A stretch of 63,813 nucleotides of DNA, filler included, from Candidatus Omnitrophota bacterium (lineage in GTDB: Bacteria > Omnitrophota > Gorgyraeia > Zapsychrales > Zapsychraceae): assembly GCA_015233495.1 (NCBI GenBank). It is 16 parts of 15 records of this genome, joined end to end, with 100 filler letters (N's around TTAATTAATTAA, not from the genome) between each part and the next. Parts side by side here need not be neighbours in the genome. Positions count along the whole stretch, not along the records: positions 34,986 to 60,648 come from JADFXQ010000021.1; positions 60,749 to 63,813 come from JADFXQ010000005.1; 14 more parts are not named here. The stretch is one strand, 5' to 3'. The translations under genes and the position numbers were made by a program. The notes beneath the pieces are model-generated. The model was not told the origin of the DNA. It saw only the letters and a list, made by a program, of their open reading frames with translations, and ran no database searches. Below, in pieces: positions 52,932-61,691 of this stretch (its first letter is position 1; each line of letters begins with the position of its first letter).

Positions 52932-52958
52932 TTTTCACTCCCGCTTGGTAGCGCTATT

Positions 52959-54065
52959 TCAATGATTGATCAAGAAGCTAACAATGGCTTGCCCTGTCTG
53001 GCCTCGCCCCAACAAAGTTCTGTTTCGCCGGATTGCAATATTTTTTTTCAAGATCGCCTTCGCGCTTTGAATAATCCGGCGGGGCTGAATTGATCCTAAA
53101 ATATTTAAACCCGACTGCACCGTCTCAATCCATTCCGTTTCATTGCGCAGGGTCACGCAGGGCGTGCTTAAAAAATATGCTTCCTTTTGCATGCCGCCCG
53201 AATCGGTCAGGATCAGTTTGGCGTTTTTCTCGAGGAGAAGCATGTCAAAGTAGCCGACCGCGGGAATGATTTTTAACGAATGGGCCAACGATTTAAGCTT
53301 GGCCGACCGTTCTAAAATTTTTTTAGTCCGCGGGTGGATCGGCAATACCAACATGGCCTCGCGGCTTAATTCGGTCAGCGCCTGGAGGATTCCGGTTAAA
53401 TTCTCGTCGTTGTCCGTGTTTTCCGCCCGGTGAATCGTGGCTAAAAAATACTGCTTCGGCGTCAATTGAAGTTCCGCCAAGACGCGCGATTGTTTCTTCG
53501 CGACCTGTAAGGACAAGAGCAGGCTGTCATACATGACATCTCCGACATTGACGACTTTTCGCGCCCGTCCGTTGCTGATCCCTTCTTTTTTTAAATTGTT
53601 GACCGCGTTTCTCGTCGGGCAGAACAACACGTCCGAACAGTGGTCGGTCAGCACGCGGTTGATTTCTTCCGGCATCACGCGGTTGTAACTGCGCAGGCCA
53701 GCTTCGACGTGCGCCAAAGGCATATGCAGCTTGGTCGCGGCCAAGGCACCGGCCAGCGTCGAGTTGGTATCGCCGTAAACCATCACCCAGTCCGGCTTTT
53801 CTTTTTGCAAGACGTTCTCAATTTTTTCAAGCATGGTCCCGGTCTGTTGTCCGTGGCTGCCTGATCCGACGTCGAGATGATATTGGGGGTCGGGAATTCC
53901 CAGTTGATCAAAAAAAATCTTGGACATGTTGTAGTCATAATGCTGTCCGGTATGGACGATCACGTGACGAAAACGGCTTTTTTGTTTTCGCAGCTCCTGG
54001 CATAACGGGGCCAGTTTGATGAATTGCGGCCGGGCGCCGACGATACTTATGATTTTTTTGACCAT
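52959..54065 (-). CDS. wecB: UDP-HexNAc 2-epimerase, non-hydrolysing (WecB/WbpI-like)
   Basis: GARPQFIK, HTGQHYD, YGDTNST, HVEAGLRS, PEEINR, TDSGG.QKEA. Confidence 0.92.
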   Translation of the reverse strand: MVKKIISIVGARPQFIKLAPLCQELRKQKSRFRHVIVHTGQHYDYNMSKIFFDQLGIPDPQYHLDVGSGSHGQQTGTMLEKIENVLQKEKPDWVMVYGDTNSTLAGALAATKLHMPLAHVEAGLRSYNRVMPEEINRVLTDHCSDVLFCPTRNAVNNLKKEGISNGRARKVVNVGDVMYDSLLLSLQVAKKQSRVLAELQLTPKQYFLATIHRAENTDNDENLTGILQALTELSREAMLVLPIHPRTKKILERSAKLKSLAHSLKIIPAVGYFDMLLLEKNAKLILTDSGGMQKEAYFLSTPCVTLRNETEWIETVQSGLNILGSIQPRRIIQSAKAILKKNIAIRRNRTLLGRGQTGQAIVSFLINH

Positions 54066-55207
54066 GATGTTATGAGATCGCAAATTTGCGGGATTTCCGG
54101 ACCGCCGGAAAACAGCGGCTCGACGGGAAGGCTTAAAACTTCATTGACCGCTTTTTCCGCTTCGGTTACGTTTTGAAGTACCTCACTCCGCCCTTGAAAC
54201 ACTTTCATGCGGTTCAACAGGACCGGATAATAGACCATCGTGTCTACGCCGTTCTCTTTCAAATATCTTTGGAGCTCGTCGCGCCGGCCGTTTAAGACCC
54301 GGACCGTGAATTGATGATAAACATGTTCGCCCTGAAATGAGGCGGTGATATTTTTCGGTAACACGATCGTCTTCAAATCGCCCAACCGTCTGCCGTATTC
54401 TCCGGCGAGCTTTTGCCGGTTACGGTTAAACTCGTCGATAAATTTCATTTTGGCCAGCAAAACCGCGGCCTGCAGCGTGTCCAGGCGGGCATTGTAACCG
54501 ATATGGTCGACGTTGTATTTATCTTTGCCGCCGTGTTTCAATAGCATCGTGACCAAATCAGCGAGGGCCGGGTCATTCGTCGAGACCATACCGCCGTCGC
54601 CGAACCCGCCGAGGTTTTTGCTCGGAAAAAAACTGAACGCGCCGATATCGCCGATGCTCCCCGCTTTCTTCCCTTGCCAGGTCGCGCCAAAGGCCTGCGC
54701 CACGTCCTCGACGACAAAAAGGTGGTGGCGTTGCGCCAATTCCAAAATTTTTCCCATGTCACATACTTGACCATACAAATGCACTGGGATGATCCCGACG
54801 ACACCCTTGACCTGTTTGATACATTCTTCAACTTTGTTAACATCCAAATTATAAGTGCCTGGTTCAATATCGACAAAAACCGGAGTCGCGCCCGACCGCA
54901 AGATCGCGTCGCCGGTCGCGGTGAAGGTGAACGGTGTCGTGATGATCTTATCGGTTTTATCAAAATATTCCTGGCCTTTGCGTTGGATCGCCAAGGCGCG
55001 CAACCCCAAGACCAAAGCCTCGGTCCCCGACGACGCGCCGACGCAAAACTTGGCGTTCAAATATCCCGCGACCGTTTGTTCTAATTCTTTCACCTCCGGC
55101 CCGAGAATCCATTTTTGATGGCCCAAACATTTTTGTATGGCCGCGTCAATGTCGGATTTCATGTATTCATATTCCCGCCGCAAATCTAACATCGGGATGG
55201 ACGTCAT
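54047..55207 (-). CDS. wbpE: DegT-family aminotransferase (WbpE-like by context)
   Basis: [23 protein letters not shown]; directly follows the wbpB-wbpD-like genes. Confidence 0.8.
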   Translation of the reverse strand: MTSIPMLDLRREYEYMKSDIDAAIQKCLGHQKWILGPEVKELEQTVAGYLNAKFCVGASSGTEALVLGLRALAIQRKGQEYFDKTDKIITTPFTFTATGDAILRSGATPVFVDIEPGTYNLDVNKVEECIKQVKGVVGIIPVHLYGQVCDMGKILELAQRHHLFVVEDVAQAFGATWQGKKAGSIGDIGAFSFFPSKNLGGFGDGGMVSTNDPALADLVTMLLKHGGKDKYNVDHIGYNARLDTLQAAVLLAKMKFIDEFNRNRQKLAGEYGRRLGDLKTIVLPKNITASFQGEHVYHQFTVRVLNGRRDELQRYLKENGVDTMVYYPVLLNRMKVFQGRSEVLQNVTEAEKAVNEVLSLPVEPLFSGGPEIPQICDLITSWSKKS

Positions 55208-55821
55208 ATTTTTTCCTCAATGATCTCAATTTCTTTTTTGCCAATTTTATAAACACTCCCGCATTCCAAACAACTCACATGTGACTTTTCTTTTTTCACT
55301 TGTGACTTGTGACTTGTGACTTGTGACTTTAAGGGCACGCCGCATTTGCACGCCCAGCCTTTTTGTTTCGCGGGCACTCCGACGACAACCGCGTAATCCG
55401 GCACGTCCTCTTTGACCACGGCGCCGGCGCCGACCAAGGCGTAGCGGCCGATGGTCACGCCGCAAACCACCGTGGCATTCGCGCCGATCGTCGCGCCTTG
55501 TTTGACTCTCGTCGGAAGAAAGGCGTTTTTGCGCTCAACAAACGCCCGCGGCGTATAAACATTGGTGAAGACGCAAGACGGGCCGCAAAAAACTTCGTCC
55601 TCGAGGATGACGCCTTTATAAATGGAAACATTGTTCTGAATTTTGACATGCCGGCCGACCGTCACGTCCGGACCGACGCTGACGTTCTGCCCGAATATGC
55701 AATCCTCGCCGATCTTGGTGTTTTTTAAAATATGCGAAAAATGCCAAACTTTTGTCCCGCGGCCGATCTGCACATTTTCATCCACACAGCTCGACGGATG
55801 AATAAAATAATCGCTGCTCAT
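55204..55821 (-). CDS. wbpD: Hexapeptide N-acetyltransferase (WbpD-like)
   Basis: [35 protein letters not shown]-terminal Cys motifs. Confidence 0.88.
   Translation of the reverse strand: MSSDYFIHPSSCVDENVQIGRGTKVWHFSHILKNTKIGEDCIFGQNVSVGPDVTVGRHVKIQNNVSIYKGVILEDEVFCGPSCVFTNVYTPRAFVERKNAFLPTRVKQGATIGANATVVCGVTIGRYALVGAGAVVKEDVPDYAVVVGVPAKQKGWACKCGVPLKSQVTSHKSQVKKEKSHVSCLECGSVYKIGKKEIEIIEEKI
55298..55329. repeat. Heptanucleotide tandem repeat (TGTGACT)x4 inside wbpD
   Basis: Four perfect copies at 55301-55328, plus a separate copy at 55280. Confidence 0.9.
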
Positions 55822-55966
55822 TTCCCCCTCCCCTGCCCCTCCCCGCACTGCGTGGGGGAGGGAATCTTGAAAGACCCGCATGCTCTTCCTCTCACACACT
55901 TCTCGGGGTCGAGACTCTTGAACGACCCGCCGGCCCTCCCTCTCACACACTTCTCGGGGAGGGAAT
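55822..55966. repeat. Intergenic CCCTCCC/GGGGAGGG hairpins with 51-nt-period duplication
   Basis: CCTCTCACACACTTCTCGGGG at 55888 and 55939; TCTTGAA[AC]GACCCGC at 55865 and 55916. Confidence 0.75.
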
Positions 55967-56002
55967 TTATTCGTGGCCTCCCGCCGGTGATTCGAGGGCT
56001 AG

Positions 56003-56968
56003 TTAACCGCGGATGGAATTTTCAATCTGCTCCAGGACAGACAAAACTCTTAGCCCTTCTTCTCCGTCGGTGCGCGGTTTTTTCCGCTGCGCTACGCACT
56101 CGACAAAATGCGACAATTCTTCTTTTAACGGCTCTTTGAATTCAAATGGGACGCATTGAAAATCCGCTTTTTGCGCGACCGGGATCTTGCCGTTTTCCCA
56201 TTTGATCGAATGCGGATAAAAAAATAATTTTTCTTTTGAGACATCGTCGAACACCACCATGGCCTGCGACCCGACGACCACGAGCTTCTGCTCTTTGAAC
56301 GGGTGCAGCCAGCTGACAAAAACATGGGCCTTGACTTTATTCCGGAATTCCAGATGGGTCAGGGTCACGTCAAACACATCGTCGTTGAGATAACTCCCGC
56401 CAAAACCGCTCACTTTGACCGGCTCCTCCCCGACGAGCATGAGGATGACCGAGATGTCATGCGGCGCGAAGCTCCAGATGATATTTTCCTCGACGCGCAG
56501 TTTGCCGATGTTCAGCCGGTTGGAATAAACATATTGCAGTTTGCCGATTTCGCCCTGTTTGATCATGTCTTTGAGTTTCAGGATCGCCGGATGATATTGC
56601 AAAATATGTCCGACCATGAGAATCCGTTTTCGCTCGCGCGCCAGGTCGACCAGTTCTTGGCCTTGTTGAATGGTCAGGGCCAAAGGCTTCTCGACAAAAA
56701 CGTCTTTGTCCGCCATCAGCGTGGCTTTGGCCAACTCATAATGCGTGACCGCTGGTGTGGCGATCATCATGCCTTTGATCTCGGGGTTGAGCAACAACGC
56801 ATTGAAGTCCGACGTGAATCGGATGCCCGGGAATTTTTTTTGCCTTTCTTCTAAAATCTGGACGCTGGTGTCGCAGGCGGTATGGAGGATGTTCAACTCC
56901 GCCATGTTCCGCAAAATATTCTGGCCCCAATATCCTAAACCGATCATCCCAAAACTTGCTGTCGACAT
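56003..56968 (-). CDS. wbpB: Gfo/Idh/MocA oxidoreductase (WbpB-like 3-dehydrogenase)
   Basis: GLGYWG, FVEKPLA, MVGH, SFAPHDIS, VSWLHPFK. Confidence 0.82.
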   Translation of the reverse strand: MSTASFGMIGLGYWGQNILRNMAELNILHTACDTSVQILEERQKKFPGIRFTSDFNALLLNPEIKGMMIATPAVTHYELAKATLMADKDVFVEKPLALTIQQGQELVDLARERKRILMVGHILQYHPAILKLKDMIKQGEIGKLQYVYSNRLNIGKLRVEENIIWSFAPHDISVILMLVGEEPVKVSGFGGSYLNDDVFDVTLTHLEFRNKVKAHVFVSWLHPFKEQKLVVVGSQAMVVFDDVSKEKLFFYPHSIKWENGKIPVAQKADFQCVPFEFKEPLKEELSHFVECVAQRKKPRTDGEEGLRVLSVLEQIENSIRG

Positions 56969-56983
56969 ATCACTCCTAAATTT

Positions 56984-57367
56984 CTATGGTCTAGACTTGT
57001 TTAAAATTTTTGACATTAATTCTCGAAACCCTTCCAACTGGCTATAAATATTTTGAGCCACTGCTTCGTTGTAAGTATGCGACGTTTCATTCCGGCAATC
57101 CGTCATCGCCAAAAGTGAAACAACTTCATTTTCCGAACATACACCAGCGCCGGGCAACTCACGAAAACACGCTTTGGGTGAATTAACGGCTGTTCCGTTT
57201 TTTTCCTTTAAATAATCTTTTAAGAATTTCCAAAATATTTCAAATCTATACTCAAATCTCTGGATGGCCGCGTCGCGCACAATGATTGAAAATGGCTCAC
57301 GCAGCGCCGATTCAAGTGTTGCCAAGGCCCGGCATGCGTCTTGATATCTCAGGTTCAATCTTTCCAT
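56984..57367 (-). CDS. HEPN protein (HI0074 family)
   Basis: RDAAIQRFEY, SPKACFRE, RNETSHTY. Confidence 0.9.
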   Translation of the reverse strand: MERLNLRYQDACRALATLESALREPFSIIVRDAAIQRFEYRFEIFWKFLKDYLKEKNGTAVNSPKACFRELPGAGVCSENEVVSLLAMTDCRNETSHTYNEAVAQNIYSQLEGFRELMSKILNKSRP

Positions 57368-57651
57368 ACGACGGCCTCCTGCATCACCTGTTTTAAAAAA
57401 ACGTCGGAGACATGCGACAGATCCACGATCTCGACTTTGTACGGCGTATTAAAGTTTTCCAACCGCTCGCGCAATAACGTGATTTTCCGCCGGTCAAATT
57501 CTCCGACGGGTAGGACCCCGATATCAACGTCCGAACCAACATGATGATCGCCCCTCGCCCGGGAGCCGAAAAGAAAGACCCGCGCGTTCTCGCCTTTTAA
57601 CGCAGCGATAATTTCTGTTTTGAGTTCTTCGAGATAATTTTTTTTTATCAT
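57355..57651 (-). CDS. Minimal nucleotidyltransferase (MNT)
   Basis: LFGSRARGD...SDVDI. Confidence 0.9.
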   Translation of the reverse strand: MIKKNYLEELKTEIIAALKGENARVFLFGSRARGDHHVGSDVDIGVLPVGEFDRRKITLLRERLENFNTPYKVEIVDLSHVSDVFLKQVMQEAVVWKD

Positions 57652-57707
57652 GGCGAAAAATAAGTTTTATTCTCCTTCGCCCCGATGCTTTCGCTCGGGG
57701 CTTCGGA

Positions 57708-57749
57708 GGAATGAATCTCCCCGCAGTTTCCTGCGGGGAGATTCATTCC
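57708..57749. terminator. Perfect 19-bp hairpin at the peptidase stop (terminator or RNA-stability element)
   Basis: GGAATGAATCTCCCCGCAG-TTTC-CTGCGGGGAGATTCATTCC; no U-tract. Confidence 0.5.
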
Positions 57750-58489
57750 CGTATCGTCCAGAAATCAGCCGCCAATGTCTCGACGTAAGCGAACGGCAAA
57801 GTGAAATATCCTTGTTGCCCCCAACTTGTCCCCCAAGAATTGCGCACGATAAACCGTTTCGCTTTTTGCTGATAACCCACGGCCATGACCGCGTGGCCGC
57901 CGACCTGACGTTCGTCTTTCTTGGGCATAGGCACAACCCCGGTCTTGGCCACTTCCTCCGTCTCAAAACTCTCATAAACCGCGATGCCGAGGACAAACGG
58001 GAAACCGTCCGCTAAACAGGTTAGCATTTCATTCAATGTTGTCAACCGATGATATGACAGAATCCGGTGTTCCCCGGCTTGACGGTAACACGCGGCCGGC
58101 GGTTTTTGGGCAAACTTGGACGTCAGATACGGCCAGATCGATTCATGGCACACGCCGGTTTTGGCCAAGGTCTTGATCCCGTCGCGCAACATGGCGCCGG
58201 AATCGGTGTCTTCCATGCCGCGCAACGCGCGTTCGTTGTAATAAATAAAAAGCCGGCTGACATCCACATATTTTTTGTCGTCGAGGTTGTCCAGAAATTC
58301 CACGTTCCCGGCCAGGGCCTGGGCCGTGCAGCTGCCTAACGGGCCTTGGTCCTCGACGGCCGAGCAACCTTCGCGCAGGTCAGCGCTCGACGGCAAACGG
58401 AAACGGGGACGGATCGCGCGGTATAAAAAATCCCGCTGGTCCGGCACATCCGGCAACCAGCCAAAATATCTTTTCATCTTCTTCATCAT
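57743..58489 (-). CDS. Papain-like C1A cysteine peptidase (no signal peptide)
   Basis: DQGPLGSCTA, SRLFIYYNER, GGHAVMAVGY, RNSWGTSWG. Confidence 0.93.
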   Translation of the reverse strand: MMKKMKRYFGWLPDVPDQRDFLYRAIRPRFRLPSSADLREGCSAVEDQGPLGSCTAQALAGNVEFLDNLDDKKYVDVSRLFIYYNERALRGMEDTDSGAMLRDGIKTLAKTGVCHESIWPYLTSKFAQKPPAACYRQAGEHRILSYHRLTTLNEMLTCLADGFPFVLGIAVYESFETEEVAKTGVVPMPKKDERQVGGHAVMAVGYQQKAKRFIVRNSWGTSWGQQGYFTLPFAYVETLAADFWTIRE

Positions 58490-58888
58490 CTAACTCCCGT
58501 TATGAGTAATTATTTTTTTTACAACGGCAACATAGGATTTCGCAATCTTAATCGCTTCTTCTGCTTCGTCTTTCCCGACATGAACGATGAGGCCATAATC
58601 ACCCACACTTCGCAATTCAAATAGCCAATTCAAATCTTTACCATATTGTTGGTTTATTTTATTCGTTTTAATAAATTTCTGGTGGACCGCCGCGATAACA
58701 CCTGAGTGTTTTTTAAATTCTAATCCCTCATTTAATAATAACGCGCTGGACGCATAAAAAACTGCATAATAAGCCCTGGATGCGGCAAAATCAAAATGAC
58801 TATTCACCAACAACTCGCTTGCCGCCTTAATTGACTCGTCACAACGGGCCATATACGCTTTAATCTCCCGCACAGCTTTTTCATTCAT
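58490..58888 (-). CDS. HEPN domain protein (UPF0332-like)
   Basis: AASRAYYAVF, KKHSGVI, RSVGDY. Confidence 0.88.
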   Translation of the reverse strand: MNEKAVREIKAYMARCDESIKAASELLVNSHFDFAASRAYYAVFYASSALLLNEGLEFKKHSGVIAAVHQKFIKTNKINQQYGKDLNWLFELRSVGDYGLIVHVGKDEAEEAIKIAKSYVAVVKKIITHNGS

Positions 58889-59199
58889 ATAAGCAGCCCT
58901 TCTTTTTTTGCGTTCCGATAAAGCTGAATCTGCCCTGTCTCAAATTCTATCGCGTCGACTGGTTTCGCCGAAATTAAACGGTCACATTCCAACTGGATGG
59001 GATACAGTAAATCTGTTAAAATCCGCAACTCAACGAAATAATCAACCGGTCTTTTTAGTAACACTAAAAAATCAATATCACTTTCTCTCATCGATGTTTT
59101 ACGCGCTGACGAACCGTATAAAACAATTCCTTGCAAACGGTTTCCATAATAATGCGAAAGTATTTTCTTGCAACTTTTTAAAATTTTATTAAGTGGCAT
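58885..59199 (-). CDS. Minimal nucleotidyltransferase (MNT)
   Basis: LYGSSAR...SDIDFLV. Confidence 0.88.
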   Translation of the reverse strand: MPLNKILKSCKKILSHYYGNRLQGIVLYGSSARKTSMRESDIDFLVLLKRPVDYFVELRILTDLLYPIQLECDRLISAKPVDAIEFETGQIQLYRNAKKEGLLI

Positions 59200-59241
59200 A
59201 ATCCCTCCCGCTATAGCAAATTTTTGTGAATAATGCCTCGA

Positions 59242-59652
59242 TCAAAGAATTTTTCTGATCTCCTGTTTAAATTTCTCAAAATCACCCATATTTGTCCCAG
59301 CCTTTTCAAAAACGAGCCGGTCATCGACCACGGCATATTCGTGGATCAAGATATTCCGAAACGCCCTCATTTCTTTGAGAAGCGCAGCCAGATCCGGAGT
59401 AATAATTTCTTTATGGAGCATTTTTTCAAATAGATCATTTTCTCCGGCGGGCAGACCGAGTTTGAGCCCTCTGACGTGTAATTTGCAAATATCGATGACA
59501 CACTCAATGGCCAGTTGCAAGAGACGTTCACAGCTCCGTTTTTTTTCAATTTTTTGATATTCCAAGAAGGTCGTCGGCAAGATTTCTTTCAACTCAGCGA
59601 GATAACCGTCCAATTCATCGATTTTAGATAAGACCCGCTCCCGGTCAACCAT
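59242..59652 (-). CDS. HEPN RNase toxin (DUF86/HepT-like)
   Basis: ERLLQLAIECVIDI, FRNILIHEY. Confidence 0.9.
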   Translation of the reverse strand: MVDRERVLSKIDELDGYLAELKEILPTTFLEYQKIEKKRSCERLLQLAIECVIDICKLHVRGLKLGLPAGENDLFEKMLHKEIITPDLAALLKEMRAFRNILIHEYAVVDDRLVFEKAGTNMGDFEKFKQEIRKIL

Positions 59653-60040
59653 GCGAGACCTCCTCTAAATAGTCCCTATAGATATGCTCGAAATCAGAAT
59701 ATTCACGGATCATTTTAAACGCCACGTCATATAGAGAATCGTCATCACGGCAAAAAATGACTTGGCCTTCTCCGATCACGCGTTTTTGAATATAAATGGG
59801 CAATTGCTGAAAAATATGGATGTCGAACAGAAAGTCGGCCAAATAATCCAATCGCTTCTGTGACATGTCCTGAAGTTGCTTCTCCCCCGGCTGTAATATG
59901 AAACATAAATCAACGTCAGACCCGACGAGATTTTCACCGCGGGCAACGCTTCCAAATAACATCACGGCTAAAATTTGCGGGTCAGATTTGACTTGGTTAA
60001 TGATCTTTTCAAATGGATTCTTTTTCATGGCGCTCTTCAA
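59645..60040 (-). CDS. Minimal nucleotidyltransferase (MntA-like)
   Basis: LFGSVARGE...SDVDL. Confidence 0.9.
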   Translation of the reverse strand: MKSAMKKNPFEKIINQVKSDPQILAVMLFGSVARGENLVGSDVDLCFILQPGEKQLQDMSQKRLDYLADFLFDIHIFQQLPIYIQKRVIGEGQVIFCRDDDSLYDVAFKMIREYSDFEHIYRDYLEEVSHG

Positions 60041-60086
60041 GTTTACCCGATATTTTCCCGTTTGTCGACGTCATCCGTCCTCGGTG

Positions 60087-60403
60087 TCAATTTAAAAACC
60101 GGTCGACCTCCCGGCAGATCATTTCGCCGGTGATTTTTTTCATGCAGGGATATCGCCCTTGACACGTCGGGACAGTATATCCGAATAAGGTACACGGGCT
60201 GCATTCGCATTTTAAAGACATCACGGCATGTTTCCCGCCCCGCGGCGCCCATTTCTTCGCATTGCCCGGACCGAAGATCGCGACGACCGGAGTATCGACG
60301 CCGCAAGCCAAATGGACCAGACCGGAATCCGGCCCGATGAACAACCGGCTTTGCGAAATCAAAGCAGCGCTTTGTTCCAGCGAAATCCGTCCGGCAAAAT
60401 TTT
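60087..60403 (-). CDS. GT9 glycosyltransferase C-terminal part
   Basis: NFAGRISLEQSAAL, FIGPDSGLVHLA, IFGP, CSPC. Confidence 0.82.
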
Positions 60404-60648
60404 ATACTCTTCCGGTTCTTGCCGGATAAAATTGATCAAATTAGCGGATTATCTGCTCGGCGCTGGTCTCGCCATATTTTTGGCCCGTCGTGTCCCGCGG
60501 CCATTTCCGTCGAAAATTTCGCGTTTGTTGGTCATCCGTCCGGGCGGGATCGGCGACGCAGTGTTCCTTTTGCCGGTATTAAAAATTGTAAGAAAGGCGC
60601 GTCCCGACCTACAAATTGATGTGCTTTGTGAAAAGCGGAACGCAGCCA
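60403..60648 (+). CDS. GT9 glycosyltransferase N-terminal part (inverted relative to its C-terminal half)
   Basis: LIKLADY...LLVIRPGGIGDAV...IDVLCEKRN. Confidence 0.75.
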
Positions 60649-60867
60649 NNNNNNNNNNNNNNNNNNNNNNNNNNNNNNNNNNNNNNNNNNNNTTAATTAA
60701 TTAANNNNNNNNNNNNNNNNNNNNNNNNNNNNNNNNNNNNNNNNNNNNTACTAAACTGGAAACCAACGATTCCCTTAGCCGAAGGGATCAAACGCACCGT
60801 TGACTGGCATTTGGAAAACCAATCTTGGCTTAAAAAGATAAAATTATGATGCGACCGAATTCCTTGC

Positions 60868-61110
60868 TCAATGTCCGCACAACGCCTTAGCATTTACGTA
60901 AAAATTTTCTTCTCGCATATGATTCGTGATCTTGCGCCGTGCCCCCAACTTGGTGATCAGCATGATCAACCCCACCCAAATCAGCGTCTCTTTGTTATAG
61001 GTGATCAAATCCGGATCGCGCCGATCGCTCAATCCCGCCAGCCATTCATTGAATCGCGGAAAATAATGCCCTACTGTCGTCGATAATACCCCGACTAAAT
61101 TTTGGCTTTG
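60868..61110 (-). pseudogene. Truncated putative DDE transposase N-terminus
   Basis: HYFPRFNEWLAGLSDRRDPDLITY resembles the D(P)R-containing N-terminus of IS4-clan/ISAs1-like transposases; no catalytic part present. Confidence 0.55.
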
Positions 61111-61502
61111 CCGGTCTTCGCCAATAAGGCTGCTTTGCGTTGTTGCCGCTTCACCCGGCCGATCGTCCGCGCATACATCTTGATCATCTGCCGGCTCAAT
61201 TCCGTCATCTCCTTCATGTACTCCTTGACCGTCCAGTAATTCTCGATCCATTGCAAGACCTCCTCCCGTAAGTCCACCGGCACATACGCTGTTCCCTGGC
61301 CTTGGGCATCGCCCCAGCTCAAATGCAGTTTTTCATGCCGGTCTTCTTTGGGCCCAGCGCATTTGCAATCCGGATACCCGCATCGCACTTTTAAATACGT
61401 CGGCGTCGCCATGATAAACGGCCCCACTTTCGCCATTTTCTTTAAAATCCCCAACCGCCGTTTCGCCAAAACACCGTAACTGACCTCATTCGCTTTAAAC
61501 AT
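61095..61502 (-). CDS. DUF6788-like Zn-binding protein associated with IS elements
   Basis: RCGYPDCKC...H...W...YVP...WIENY. Confidence 0.7.
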   Translation of the reverse strand: MFKANEVSYGVLAKRRLGILKKMAKVGPFIMATPTYLKVRCGYPDCKCAGPKEDRHEKLHLSWGDAQGQGTAYVPVDLREEVLQWIENYWTVKEYMKEMTELSRQMIKMYARTIGRVKRQQRKAALLAKTGKAKI

Positions 61503-61523
61503 AAGTCGTTCCCTCTCAATGAT

Positions 61524-61551
61524 TTATGATGTCACATATATGACATCATAA
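61524..61551. promoter_or_regulatory. Perfect 11-6-11 palindrome
   Basis: TTATGATGTCA-CATATA-TGACATCATAA, 21 nt upstream of the 61502 start. Confidence 0.6.
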
Positions 61552-61691
61552 TATTATACAAAAAGAGAAGGCGCGAAAAAAGATTTTTTTGATCTTTTTC
61601 GCGCCTTCATCAAATCGTTTGTAAATCGTCGGTTTAAAGCTGGTTGCACTCCGCCTTATGAGCGCGAAGAATTACGGTTCTTCATTGCTGA

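Noticed and set aside
39242..55950. Long N-terminal extensions in the ORF track (40843, 49923, 51059, 55950)
   Set aside because: They overlap upstream genes or repeats; downstream ATGs at 40732, 49902, 50912 and 55821 match family N-termini.
55865..55959. Mini CRISPR array (21-nt repeat, 30-nt gap)
   Set aside because: Only two copies, the intervening sequence is also partly duplicated, and there are no cas genes.
56984..60040. Integron cassette array
   Set aside because: Genes abut or overlap, no attC-like sites recognised, and no integrase.
2830..60704. TTAATTAATTAA repeated 15 times; ORFs ending in 'LIN'
   Set aside because: Artificial scaffold spacer within N runs, not a biological repeat or array.
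61524..61551. Chromosomal dif site (11-6-11 spacing)
   Set aside because: Arms are perfectly symmetric and lack the XerD-arm TTATGTTAAAT-like sequence.
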